NCBI GenBank assembly: GCA_963761335.1
Contig: CAVXGR010000018.1
Span: forward strand, 1,024,001 to 1,088,000
Origin: an uncultured delta proteobacterium
Lineage (GTDB): Bacteria > Desulfobacterota > Binatia > HRBIN30 > BPIQ01
Length of the DNA stretch: 64,000 bases
Direction: 5' to 3'
Positions 20,412 through 30,186 of this stretch are shown here, one piece after another. The number at the start of each line of letters is the position of its first letter. Within the stretch, counting starts at the first letter, position 1. Position numbers and translations under genes: made by a program. The notes below the pieces were generated by a model. That model searched no databases. It was not told the DNA's origin and worked only from the letters and a program-made list of their open reading frames with translations.

Positions 20412-20711
20412 ATGAAGAAGATCATCGCGGTGTTGACCATCATCGGCTTCCTGGGTCTGGCGGCTCCTCGACCGGCTCATGCGATCTCGGCGACGGAAGG
20501 AGTGCTGATCGGCGTCGGCGCAGCGGCAGCCTGGGTGCTGTTCATCGGCCTCAGCGTTTATTTCATTTACGGCGACAACGGCTCGGGCCAGGAGACGCTG
20601 CTGCTCCCCGGCACGGTGGGGGCGCGCTCGGATCTGCCGCAGAAGCGGCGCCTGCGTCTCGGCCCGGAGTGCCCGGTCAGGGACGGGAGCCCGTCGACGC
20701 TCTGCTGGTAG
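20412..20711 (+). CDS. Small secreted or membrane hypothetical protein
   Basis: MKKIIAVL signal peptide ending in AHA, then a TM helix; GGAG lies upstream. Confidence 0.65.
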   Translation: MKKIIAVLTIIGFLGLAAPRPAHAISATEGVLIGVGAAAAWVLFIGLSVYFIYGDNGSGQETLLLPGTVGARSDLPQKRRLRLGPECPVRDGSPSTLCW

Positions 20712-23019
20712 GAGGCGGCGCCGTCGCCCCGGGGCTCGAGTCGGACGAGGCCGATCCCAGCTCCGCCTCGATGGTCTGCAACATCTGACGGTAGGCGGGC
20801 TCCTCGGGTTGCAGTCGCACCAGCTCGGCGGCGACTGGCTCGGCCTCCCTCCACTTTTCCTGCTGGGCATAGAGGATCGCCAGCCCCCGAAGGATCTGCG
20901 GATCTTTCGGGCGCAGCGCGAGGGCTCGCCGCATCGGCGCCTCGGCCGCGGAACGGCTGCCGAGGTGCTGGAGAGCCAGGGCGTAGTCGTATTGTACCTG
21001 CGCCGAGCCCGGCGCCAGCTGCGCGGCGCTCCCCAGCTCGCCGGCCGCCTCCTCGAGCCGCTGCTCCTCGGCCAGCAGCAGGCCGAGCGAGTAGTGCAGC
21101 TCGCCCTGGCGCGGCGAGCGGCTTATCGCCGCGCGCAAGACGCTCTCCGCTTCGTCGCGGCGGCCCTGGGAGTCGTAGAGCTGCGCCAGATTGGCGCTGG
21201 CCGCGCCGAAGCCGGGATCGAGACGCAGTGCGGCGCGGTATGACTCCTCGGCCTCGCGAGTGCGCCCGAGGGCAGCCCGCACCAGGCCCAGCTCGACCTG
21301 TGCTTCTGGGAAGTCGGCACGCGCCGTGCGCCCCCTCTCGTACTCGGCGATGGCGGCGTCGAAGGCACCTCGCTGGGCGGGCGCGAACGCCGCTTCCGGC
21401 AGTGACGCCAGCGAGGCGGCAGCTTCGCTGCGGACGGCGCGCAGCGAGTCGCGCAGCAACGGCGCTCCCGTGCTCAGACGCTCGGCCGCCGGCAACAGCT
21501 CGAGCCCGCGTGCGGCGGCGAGGCGCACCAGGCCCTCGGCATCGCGGCTCGCCGCCGCGACGGCGGCGGGGGCGGCGGCGGGATACGAACGCATGAGGTC
21601 GAGCGCCGTCGAGCGCACGATCGCCGCCGCCGAGGCATCGGCGGCCAGCCGCGCCAGTGGGGCGGCGGCCTGGGCGCTCCCGGCCCGGCCTGCGGCGATG
21701 ATCTCGCCGTAGTGCGGCTGCGGGCGCGGCGCCTGCCCGTACCACCTCGCCACGGTGTCGGCGGCCCACTGCGGCGTGCGTTGCGCATGGCAACCATTGC
21801 AGGGATTGGGCGTGCCGATCCGGGCGCTGAGGTCGGGCCGCGGCACGCGCAGGCTGTGGTCGCGGCGGGCATCGAGAGTCATGTAGGTCCGCGCCGGCAT
21901 GTGGCAGTTGACGCACACAGAGCCGGGAGTGCCGGTCGGGTGAAAGGAATGCGCGGGGGAGTCGTAGGTCTTGTGCGGCATGCCGGGGAAGCGTGCCGGC
22001 GGCGCACTTCCGTGGCAGCGCGTGCAGAGCGCGTTGCCGGCGGCGCGCAGCTCGAGCGTATGCGGGTCGTGGCAGTCGCTGCAGCGCACGCCGCGGCGGT
22101 ACATCAGGCTCTGCAGGAAGGAGCCGTAGACGTAGACCTCGTCGAGGATCTGCCCGTCGGGGTAGTAGAGCCCGGCGTCGAGGTTCTCGGGCTCGAAGCC
22201 GTCCAGGTAGGGTCGCCCGTAGTGATTCTCCGCGGTGATGCGATGGCGGCGCGAGTGACAGGGGGCACAGGTGTCGACCTCGAATCGTGAATCGGCGGAG
22301 CGGTAGCGGACCAGCAGGCCCATGTTGGCGCTCTTCTTCTCGGCGGCGCCGGCGGCGGCGCGGGCCCAGGCGACATGCCGGGCTCCGGGGCCGTGGCACT
22401 CCTGACAGCTGACGTCGATCTCGGCCCATGTCGTCGCGTAGCTGTCGGTCTCGGGCTGGTAGGTCTTCTCGAGGTCCGTCGAGTGGCAGTCGGCGCAGCG
22501 GGCATTCCAGTTGTGGAAGCGACTGCTCCAGTGGAGCGGATCGCCGGGCGCCGGCGAGCGGTCGGGATACAGGTCGAACCAGCGCCGGCGCTGCGTGTCC
22601 CAGGCGACGTTCAGCGCCTGGAGCCGTCCGCCGCCAAGCGGCACGAGATATTGCTGCAGGGGCTCGATGCCGAAGGTGTAGAGCACGGGCAGGTCGACGC
22701 TCTTGCCGTCCGCCCCGGCGGTGCGCGCGTAGTACCGGCCGTCCTTGCGAAAGAAGCGCGTGCTCGTGCCCGAGTGCGTGAAGGAGGTGTTGTTGAAATC
22801 GCCGAGAACGGTGTCGGGCGCGGCGACCTGCATGGCGCGCGCGTGGTCGGATCTCTTCCAGGCCTCGATCTCGCTCCGGTGGCACTCTCCGCAGACGGCG
22901 TTGTCGACGAAGGCGACCCCGTCGGCCGCCGGCACTGCCGCCCGCCGAGGCAGAGCGCCGGCACCCGCCACCGGAGTCGACGCCAGGGCGAGGGATAACA
23001 GCGCGATGGAAAGCAGCAT
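20677..23019 (-). CDS. Octaheme c-type cytochrome with HEAT/TPR C-terminus
   Basis: Signal peptide; eight CxxCH motifs (CGECH, CADCH, CQECH, CAPCH, CSDCH, CTRCH, CVNCH, CNGCH); TPR repeats. Confidence 0.9.
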   Translation of the reverse strand: MLLSIALLSLALASTPVAGAGALPRRAAVPAADGVAFVDNAVCGECHRSEIEAWKRSDHARAMQVAAPDTVLGDFNNTSFTHSGTSTRFFRKDGRYYARTAGADGKSVDLPVLYTFGIEPLQQYLVPLGGGRLQALNVAWDTQRRRWFDLYPDRSPAPGDPLHWSSRFHNWNARCADCHSTDLEKTYQPETDSYATTWAEIDVSCQECHGPGARHVAWARAAAGAAEKKSANMGLLVRYRSADSRFEVDTCAPCHSRRHRITAENHYGRPYLDGFEPENLDAGLYYPDGQILDEVYVYGSFLQSLMYRRGVRCSDCHDPHTLELRAAGNALCTRCHGSAPPARFPGMPHKTYDSPAHSFHPTGTPGSVCVNCHMPARTYMTLDARRDHSLRVPRPDLSARIGTPNPCNGCHAQRTPQWAADTVARWYGQAPRPQPHYGEIIAAGRAGSAQAAAPLARLAADASAAAIVRSTALDLMRSYPAAAPAAVAAASRDAEGLVRLAAARGLELLPAAERLSTGAPLLRDSLRAVRSEAAASLASLPEAAFAPAQRGAFDAAIAEYERGRTARADFPEAQVELGLVRAALGRTREAEESYRAALRLDPGFGAASANLAQLYDSQGRRDEAESVLRAAISRSPRQGELHYSLGLLLAEEQRLEEAAGELGSAAQLAPGSAQVQYDYALALQHLGSRSAAEAPMRRALALRPKDPQILRGLAILYAQQEKWREAEPVAAELVRLQPEEPAYRQMLQTIEAELGSASSDSSPGATAPPPTSRASTGSRP

Positions 23020-23219
23020 GATGTGCAAACGGATCGAAAGTAGAGCGATTCGCCGCGGATTGGAACCAGAGTAGAAGCGGCGCCCCGCCGCTTCTGCGCT
23101 CGAGCATTCGCAGGAGATGCGACCAGGCCGGCGGCGCCCCAGTAGGGGTGGACCTTGAGGTCAAGCGCGTTTCAAAATCCCCCACGAGCACTTGAGCTGA
23201 CGGATCGCGCCGCGAAGCG

Positions 23220-23414
23220 GCGCAGGCATGTAGCCCCGGGTCGGAGACCCGGGGCTTCGGGTCCGCCTTCCCCGATGCGCCCCTCCGGGGGCGCGGGCGC
23301 GCAACCCCGGGTGCAGAGGCCTGTGTCAAAATCGCGCCCGCGCCGCTGGCGGGGCGCCAACGGACGTCGACTTCGGGATCCCCGGGTCTCCGACCCGGGG
23401 CTACACGCCTGCGC
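23220..23414. repeat. GTAG-type REP doublet (REPIN-like)
   Basis: GCGCAGGCATGTAGCCCCGGGTCGGAGACCCGGGG and its near-perfect reverse complement at 23380-23414. Confidence 0.8.
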
Positions 23415-23596
23415 CCCTCCGGGGCGAATGATCTCCGAGCTCCCGGCCACAGATGCAACCTGGGGAAGTCGGGCCCAACTCAACGAAGTGGGCGTTGTGG
23501 TGGATCGAAGTTGACGGCGTTTCATTTCAAAATCCCCCACTACCCGCGCGCCCCAGGGCGCTTGACTCCGGCGGTTAGCCGCAGTACCGCGGCCGT

Positions 23597-26530
23597 ATGT
23601 TTCCGTCAGATAATCTGTCGTCGCTCTGTTTTGGCTCGTTGCTGATTCTCCTTGCCGCGGTTCCGGCTCCGGCCAGTGCCCTGTGCCCGGTCGATTGCAA
23701 TGGCGACGGCATCGTCTCTCCCGCGGAGCTGATCCGCAGCGAGAGGGTGGCGACCGGCCTCGCCGCCTACCGGTTGTGCCCGCCGGCCGATGTCGACGGC
23801 GACGGCGCTGTCGACGGCGATGAGGTGGTGCGGGGGGCGGCCGGAGTCTTCGGCGGCTGTCCCGATCCGGAAGTCTACTGGGCTCCCGAGCGCCTCGCCC
23901 CTGCCGGACCGCTCGCCGAAGGCGGGCAGGGAATCCTTCCCAACGGACGGCGGGTCGATCCCGCCGGCGTGCAGATTCCGGCGGAGACGCTGCCGACGAA
24001 CCTGAAGCTGACTCCCGACGGCCGCTATCTGATCGCCACCAACGACGGACATCGCGACCAGGCCGAGCGGCGTTTTCTGCAGATCGTCGACACCCAGACG
24101 CTGGAGGCGACAGAGATCGAGGTGCCGCATTTCTTCGGCCTTGGACTGACGCCGGACGGCAGCGACCTCTATCTCGCCGGCAGCGACGACGCCGGCAAGG
24201 CTCGCCTGCGCGTCGTGCACCTCGGCGCCAGCGGCCCGGTGCTCGACCCGCAGGAGGTCGCCGAGCTCCCCAAGGACAGTCAGCCACGCGCGGTCGCAGT
24301 GAGCCCGGACGGCACACACGCCTACGTCGTCGGCTTTCTCAGCAACGAGTTCTACTCGGTCGACCTGAGCGACGGCTCGGCCACCAAGGCCGCCTCCCCG
24401 ATCGGCAATCTGCCCTACGATCTGCTGCTCTCACCGAACGGCAAGTTCGCCTACGTGAGCTCCTGGGGAATCAACAACGGAAATACATCGGGCGGCGGTA
24501 TTGCGATTCCGGCGCCGCTGCCGCCCGTCGATCCAAACGCCGAAGAGCGCTCCTCGGTCGCCTGCGTCGATCTGTCCAATCCGTCGGCTCCCTCGCTGGT
24601 CGAGTACATGCCGATCGGCCTGCCGGTCGACAACCTGATCGTCTACGGCGGCAGCCATCCGAGCGCCCTGGGGTTCAGCCCGCAGGGAAGCCTTCTGTAC
24701 GTCACCGGCACCAATGACGACGTCCTCGACGTCATCCAGGTCAGCACCAATGTCGCGGGTTGGCAGCCGGTGGCGGAGGTGGAGCTCAACGTGATCGAGG
24801 GCGGGCCGCTGGATACGCAGCTTCAGGGACTCTATCCGAATGCCCTGGCGGTGAGCTCCGACGGCCGGCGTGTCTACGTCGCCGACGCCGGCATCAACGC
24901 CGTGCAGGTGCTCGACGTCGATCCGCTGGCGCAGACCTTCACCACGGCCGGCTTCATTCCCACCGGCTGGTATCCGAGCGCCCTGGCGCTGAGCAGCGAC
25001 GACTCGCGCCTGTATGTCGCCAACGGCAAGGGCGACGGCGTCGGCCCCAACGACGGCCCGGGCGACTCCAACATCAAGCGTCTTCTCAAAGGGTCGATCT
25101 CGGTGATCGACGGCGTCGACCAGTACGATCTGCAGAGCGGCACGGCTCAGGTGATGGCGGCGAACGGCTTTGCGCCGACGCAGCTGCACTGGAGCGAAGG
25201 AGAACCGCAGCCCGGTGAGGTCGAGCGCCGGCAGCCGGTGCCCATCGATTACGGCAGTGGTCCCTCTGACCTGATCAGGCACGTCGTCTTCATCCTCAAG
25301 GAGAACCGCACCTACGACCAGGTGCTCGGCGACCTGCCAAACGCCAATGGCGATCCGAACCTGACCTTCTACGGCGAGGAGGTCACGCCCAATGCCCACG
25401 CGCTGGCCACCGAGTTCGCCGAAGGCGACAACTTCTTCGCCGACGCCGAGGTCTCGACCCCCGGGCACGAGTGGGTCGACCAGGCCAACGACACCGACTT
25501 CACCGAGAAGATCTGGCCGGCCAACTACGACGGCGGTGTGCCCAGCTCGACGCTCGAGCAGGGCATGGAGGGCTTCTCCAAGGCGGGCTTCTTCTTCGAG
25601 GCGCTCGAGCGCGAGGGCGTGCCGTATCGGGTCTACGGCGAAACCCTGGGGCTGCTCTCTCACTTCTCCGCCGGCAATGACGGCGGCGGCGTCATCAGCA
25701 TCGGCATACCGCTGCTCTCGGCCTTTGGCGGGCTGCCCACCGAAGACGATATCTTCACCATCGTCAACGGCGACATCGCCCAGCTGCAGATGGCAGGCGT
25801 CAACACCGACATCCTGCGCGAGCAGGTGTGGCCGAATCAGGACCTCGACTTCCCCTCGAACATTCTCGCCGACCGTACCGACGTCGAGCGCGCCATGCTC
25901 TTCGCACAGGAGCTGGATGGCTTCGCGCAGGCGGGCGACATGCCGGCGTACGTGCACATCTGGCTGCCCAACGACCATACCTTCGGCGCCAGCGCCGGGA
26001 CCCCGACGCCGCGCAGCGCCATCGCCGACAACGACGCCGGCCTGGGAATGATCGTCGACGCCCTGTCGCACAGCCCGTTCTGGAAGGACATGGCGATCTT
26101 GGTCACCGAGGACGACCCGCAGGATGGGCAGGACCACGTCGAGGCGCACCGCACCATCAGCCTGGTGATCAGCCCCTGGGTGAAACGCGGCTACGTCTCG
26201 CACGCGCATCACTCCAACCTGAGCATGTTCAAGACGATCAGCCTGTTGCTCGGCATGCCGCCGATGAGTCAGTTCGATCGCTACGCCACCGACATGCGCG
26301 ACTATTTCACGACCACGCCGGATTTCACTCCCTACGACGCCCGCCCGCGGCAGGTCCCGGTGGAGACCAATCCGAGCGCCGCCAGCGCGCCCAATGCCTA
26401 TCTGCGGCGCGCCGCGCAGATCTCGGAGACGCTCAACCTGCAGATGGTCGACGAGGCGGGGGAGGACATGGGTCGTGTTCTCCGCCTGGTGCACCAAGGC
26501 GAGGAGCTGGAGCGACAGCGCCGCAGATAG
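23597..26530 (+). CDS. Secreted YncE beta-propeller / phosphoesterase with an N-terminal dockerin-like Cys domain
   Basis: CPVDCNGDG...CPPADVDGDG...GGCP; IPTGWYPSAL; ILKENRTYDQVLGDL; LPNDHT; EDDPQDGQDHVEAHR. Confidence 0.88.
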   Translation: MFPSDNLSSLCFGSLLILLAAVPAPASALCPVDCNGDGIVSPAELIRSERVATGLAAYRLCPPADVDGDGAVDGDEVVRGAAGVFGGCPDPEVYWAPERLAPAGPLAEGGQGILPNGRRVDPAGVQIPAETLPTNLKLTPDGRYLIATNDGHRDQAERRFLQIVDTQTLEATEIEVPHFFGLGLTPDGSDLYLAGSDDAGKARLRVVHLGASGPVLDPQEVAELPKDSQPRAVAVSPDGTHAYVVGFLSNEFYSVDLSDGSATKAASPIGNLPYDLLLSPNGKFAYVSSWGINNGNTSGGGIAIPAPLPPVDPNAEERSSVACVDLSNPSAPSLVEYMPIGLPVDNLIVYGGSHPSALGFSPQGSLLYVTGTNDDVLDVIQVSTNVAGWQPVAEVELNVIEGGPLDTQLQGLYPNALAVSSDGRRVYVADAGINAVQVLDVDPLAQTFTTAGFIPTGWYPSALALSSDDSRLYVANGKGDGVGPNDGPGDSNIKRLLKGSISVIDGVDQYDLQSGTAQVMAANGFAPTQLHWSEGEPQPGEVERRQPVPIDYGSGPSDLIRHVVFILKENRTYDQVLGDLPNANGDPNLTFYGEEVTPNAHALATEFAEGDNFFADAEVSTPGHEWVDQANDTDFTEKIWPANYDGGVPSSTLEQGMEGFSKAGFFFEALEREGVPYRVYGETLGLLSHFSAGNDGGGVISIGIPLLSAFGGLPTEDDIFTIVNGDIAQLQMAGVNTDILREQVWPNQDLDFPSNILADRTDVERAMLFAQELDGFAQAGDMPAYVHIWLPNDHTFGASAGTPTPRSAIADNDAGLGMIVDALSHSPFWKDMAILVTEDDPQDGQDHVEAHRTISLVISPWVKRGYVSHAHHSNLSMFKTISLLLGMPPMSQFDRYATDMRDYFTTTPDFTPYDARPRQVPVETNPSAASAPNAYLRRAAQISETLNLQMVDEAGEDMGRVLRLVHQGEELERQRRR

Positions 26531-26538
26531 GGTTCTCG

Positions 26539-26593
26539 ATTCTCATTCCCGGTTCTCGTCCCGTCGTCTTCCATTCGTTCTGACAGCCGCGGG
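26539..26593. repeat. Half copy of repeat family A
   Basis: ATTCTCATTCCCGGTTCTCGTCCCGTCGTCTTCCATT, located between convergent genes. Confidence 0.7.
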
Positions 26594-26620
26594 TGACCGG
26601 ACGGCGGCGCTCCTGGATCC

Positions 26621-28903
26621 TCACGCCGCCAGCGCCACCGCCTCCGGCTCGAGGGCGATGGCCAATACCTCGTCGATGGAACGCACCGGGTGGAAGCGCA
26701 TCTGGGCGCGGACCTCTTCGGGGATCTCGTCGAGGTCGGCGGCGTTGCGCTCCGGCAGGATGACGTCGGTGAGGCCCGCGGCATGCGCTGCCAGGGCCTT
26801 CTGCTTGAGGCCGCCGATCGGCAGGACACGGCCCTGCAGGGTCACCTCTCCGGTCATGCCGACGGTGTGCTTCACCGGCCGGCCGGTGAGCAGTGAAGCG
26901 ACCGCGGTGACGATGGTCACTCCGGCGCTCGGTCCGTCCTTGGGGACGGCTCCGGCAGGCACGTGCACGTGGAACTCGCGTCCGTCGAAGGCTCTCTCTT
27001 CGATAGCGAGCTGGCGCGCGTGGCTGCGCACGTAGGTGAGGGCGATGCGCGCCGACTCCTTCATGACGTCGCCGAGCTGTCCGGTGAGCGTCAGCCCCGC
27101 CGAGCCGGCCATCGAGGCCGCTTCGACGAAGAGGACATCGCCGCCGGCGGTGGTGACCGCCAGGCCGGTGGCCACGCCGGGGACGGCGGTGCGCACGGCC
27201 GCCTCCTGGAAGAACTTCGGACGGCCGAGGGCCTCGGCGACGGCCGCCGCATCGAGCCGCACCGGAGGCGTCGCCGCGCCGGAGACGACCGCGGTGGCCG
27301 TCTTGCGCAGCAGCGTTCCCAGCTCGCGCTCGAGCTGGCGCACGCCGGCCTCGCGGGTGTAATCGTTCACCACCTGCCGCAGCACGGCTTCGTCGACGGC
27401 GACCTCTTTGGCGCGCAGGCCGTTGCGCTCCACCTGCCGTGGCCACAGATAGCCGCGGGCGATCGCCACCTTCTCGTCGATGGTGTAGCCGTCGAAGCGG
27501 ATGATCTCCATGCGGTCGAGCAGCGGGCCGGGAACGGAGTCGACGGTGTTGGCGGTGGCGATGAAGAGCACGTGCGAGAGGTCGAGCTCGACGTCCAGAT
27601 AGTGGTCGCGGAAGCTGTGGTTCTGCGCCGGGTCCAGCACCTCGAGCAGGGCGGCGGAGGGATCGCCGCGCCAGTCGGCGCCGATCTTGTCGACCTCGTC
27701 GAGCAGGATCACCGGATTCATGGTGCCGGCGTCGCGCAGGGCGCGCACCAGACGCCCGGGGAGGGCGCCGATGTAGGTGCGCCGATGGCCGCGGATCTCC
27801 GCCTCGTCGCGCACGCCGCCGAGCGACATGCGCACGAACTCGCGGCCGGTGGCGCGGGCGATGGACTCGCCGATGGAGGTCTTGCCGGTACCCGGAGGGC
27901 CGACCAGGGTGAGAATCACCCCCGAGCGCCGGGTGTCGGCGACGCCGCGCTCGGTGCGCAGCTTGCGGACGGCGAGGTACTCGGTGATGCGCTTCTTGAC
28001 GTCGTCGAGGCCGGCGTGATCGGCGTCGAGCACCTGGCGCGCGTGCAGCGGGTCGAGGCGCTCCTCGGAGCGCTTGGACCAGGGAACGGCGATCAGCCAG
28101 TCGAGGTAGGAGCGGATGACCGAGGACTCCGGGCTCGACTCGCCGAGGCGCTCGAGGCGCTCGAGCTCCCGCTCCGCTTGCTCGCGCACTTTCTCGGGCA
28201 TGCCGGCGGCGGCGATCTTCTCGCGGTAGTCGTTGCCGGTGGCGGCATCGCCTTCGCCGAGCTCCTTGCGGATCGCCTCCATCTGCCGCCGCAGCAGGTA
28301 GTCGCGCTGCTGCTTCTCGGCGCCCGACTCGACGTCCTCGCGAATGCGCTTGCGCACCTGCAGCTCCGCCAAGCGCGCGCGCTGCAGGGAGAGCGCCAGC
28401 TTCAGGCGCTCGACGATGTCGAGGGTCTGCAGCAGCTCGACCTTCTGCTCGTAGGTGAAATCGGAAGAGTATCCGGCGGTGTCGGCCAGCGCTCCGGGCT
28501 CCTTGATGGAGCGCACGAAGGCGGCGACGCGGCCGTCGTCGCCGCGCAGGTCGAGAATCTCGGCGACGGCGGCGCGATACTCGCGCTCGATCTCGGCGGT
28601 GCGGCTCGGGGGAGGGCTCTGATCGGGCTGGTCGGTCACCTCGACACGCAAGCGGCCCTCGGGGTCGGCGACGGCGGCTCCGGCGAGCCCGCGGTGGCGG
28701 CCGGCCAGCTCCACGGCTCGGGCGCCGCCCGGCAGGCGGACCGAGTTGACCACGTCGGCGACCACGCCGACGCGGGCGTACTCGTTGCCGTGGCGGGGAA
28801 CCAGGAGGACGCGCTTCTCCTCGCCCACATCCACGGGGAGGGTGACGGTCATCCCAGGGAAAACGACGACTTCGTCGAGAAGGATCAATCGCAGTGCAGT
28901 CAT
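26621..28903 (-). CDS. lon: Lon (endopeptidase La) ATP-dependent protease
   Basis: [44 protein letters not shown]. The start is placed at MTALRL because the ORF-track extension is repeat DNA. Confidence 0.96.
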   Translation of the reverse strand: MTALRLILLDEVVVFPGMTVTLPVDVGEEKRVLLVPRHGNEYARVGVVADVVNSVRLPGGARAVELAGRHRGLAGAAVADPEGRLRVEVTDQPDQSPPPSRTAEIEREYRAAVAEILDLRGDDGRVAAFVRSIKEPGALADTAGYSSDFTYEQKVELLQTLDIVERLKLALSLQRARLAELQVRKRIREDVESGAEKQQRDYLLRRQMEAIRKELGEGDAATGNDYREKIAAAGMPEKVREQAERELERLERLGESSPESSVIRSYLDWLIAVPWSKRSEERLDPLHARQVLDADHAGLDDVKKRITEYLAVRKLRTERGVADTRRSGVILTLVGPPGTGKTSIGESIARATGREFVRMSLGGVRDEAEIRGHRRTYIGALPGRLVRALRDAGTMNPVILLDEVDKIGADWRGDPSAALLEVLDPAQNHSFRDHYLDVELDLSHVLFIATANTVDSVPGPLLDRMEIIRFDGYTIDEKVAIARGYLWPRQVERNGLRAKEVAVDEAVLRQVVNDYTREAGVRQLERELGTLLRKTATAVVSGAATPPVRLDAAAVAEALGRPKFFQEAAVRTAVPGVATGLAVTTAGGDVLFVEAASMAGSAGLTLTGQLGDVMKESARIALTYVRSHARQLAIEERAFDGREFHVHVPAGAVPKDGPSAGVTIVTAVASLLTGRPVKHTVGMTGEVTLQGRVLPIGGLKQKALAAHAAGLTDVILPERNAADLDEIPEEVRAQMRFHPVRSIDEVLAIALEPEAVALAA

Positions 28904-28912
28904 AGTCGGGGT

Positions 28913-28941
28913 TGGATAAGCACGCCAGGGCGCTCTGTCAA
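28913..28941 (-). promoter_or_regulatory. Putative sigma70 promoter of lon
   Basis: Minus strand TTGACA-N17-TATCCA, 9 nt before the ATG. Confidence 0.5.
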
Positions 28942-28960
28942 TTTTGACTGAGCCTGCCTC

Positions 28961-29081
28961 ATTCTCATCCCCGGTTCTCATTCTCATTCCGTCGTCTTCC
29001 ATTGCTCTGGAGCCCGGCGATTCCCCGCGGGCGGTCAGAGAAATGGAAAACGACGGAATGAGAACCGGGAATGAGAACCGG
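28961..29081. repeat. Full copy of inverted-repeat family A
   Basis: TTCTCATTCCGTCGTCTTCCATT pairs with AATGGAAAACGACGGAATGAGAACCGGGAATGAGAACCGG. Confidence 0.8.
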
Positions 29082-29138
29082 TTGATGGATGCTGCGGCAT
29101 TTGAGATCCGCCCGGGCCGCTGCTAAGGGACGGGGGCC

Positions 29139-29621
29139 ATGGCGATTCGGGCTCGTGAGGTGATGCGGACGGCGGTGATGGCCGTGCGGCCGGACATGCC
29201 GCTGTCGGAGCTGGAGGACGCACTCATCTCGCACCGCATCAGCGGCGCGCCGGTGCTCGACGGCGGCAAGCTGGTCGGGGTGGTCTCGCGCTCCGACATC
29301 GTGCGCTACTTCAGCTTGCAGCGATCACTGGAGGCGCTCTTGGCGCAGGGCCGCGGTGAGCAGTACGCCCCGGGGGAGAAGCGGGCTCCGGCGCCGATCG
29401 CGCACCTGACGGAGCAGGTCCGCAAGCTCACGGTTCGCGACCTGATGGTGACCGAGCCGGTTGCCGTCTCCCCCGACGCCTTGATCGAGGAGATCGCCGA
29501 GATCATGGTGCGTCGCCACGTGCACCGCGTGCTGGTTACCGAAGGCGGCGCCGTGGTCGGGATCGTCAGCGCCCTCGATCTGGCGCAGCTGGTCGCTGGC
29601 GGGCAGCTGCGGGCCGGCTGA
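29139..29621 (+). CDS. CBS domain pair protein
   Basis: Two CBS motifs (ISGAPVLD..LVGVVSRSDI; VHRVLV...VGIVSALDL). Confidence 0.92.
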   Translation: MAIRAREVMRTAVMAVRPDMPLSELEDALISHRISGAPVLDGGKLVGVVSRSDIVRYFSLQRSLEALLAQGRGEQYAPGEKRAPAPIAHLTEQVRKLTVRDLMVTEPVAVSPDALIEEIAEIMVRRHVHRVLVTEGGAVVGIVSALDLAQLVAGGQLRAG

Positions 29622-29639
29622 ATCAGTGCCGGAGCGGCC

Positions 29640-30074
29640 GTGTCGGCGGAGCAGGTCAAACGCCTGAACGAGTTCGCCCGCGACCGGCATCCCGGGCTGG
29701 TCGGCGCCGAGGTGCTGAGCTGCGAGCCGCAGCTGGTGACCGGGCGCCTGCCGGTCACTGCGCCGCTGGTAGCGGGCACCGGGTTCCTCTGGGCGCCGGT
29801 GGTGATCACCCTGGCGGATTGGTTGTGCGCCTGCGGGACGGGGGCGAATCTTCCCGAAGGGGGAAGCTTCACCACCATCGAGATCAAGACGAATTTTCTC
29901 GGCACGGTGCGCGAAGGCGGCTCCATCTTGGCGCGCGCCTGGCCGGCGCATCGAGGGCGGACGACGCAGGTCTGGGACGTCGAGGTCAGCGACGAGGCCT
30001 CGGGCAAGGTCATCGCGCTGTTCCGCTGCACGCAGATGCTCCTTTCCGGGAAAGAAAGAAACAATGTAAAATGA
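29640..30074 (+). CDS. PaaI family thioesterase
   Basis: FTTIEIKTNFLG, HRGRTTQVWD. Confidence 0.85.
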   Translation: MSAEQVKRLNEFARDRHPGLVGAEVLSCEPQLVTGRLPVTAPLVAGTGFLWAPVVITLADWLCACGTGANLPEGGSFTTIEIKTNFLGTVREGGSILARAWPAHRGRTTQVWDVEVSDEASGKVIALFRCTQMLLSGKERNNVK

Positions 30075-30167
30075 AAAACCGGTGACCGGTGATGCAGAAC
30101 CGGCAAACCGCCCGCGGCGCCATTGACCAGTTCTCCATCACCGGTCACCGGTTCTCCATTTAACATT
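30063..30167. terminator. Long inverted repeat between convergent genes (bidirectional terminator or REP)
   Basis: AATGTAAAATGAAAAACCGGTGACCGGTGATGCAGAAC pairs with GTTCTCCATCACCGGTCACCGGTTCTCCATTTAACATT. Confidence 0.6.
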
Positions 30168-30186
30168 CTCTTCTCCGGCGCAGCGC

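Noticed and set aside
28904..29002. N-terminal extension of Lon in the ORF track
   Set aside because: It translates repeat family A and promoter DNA.
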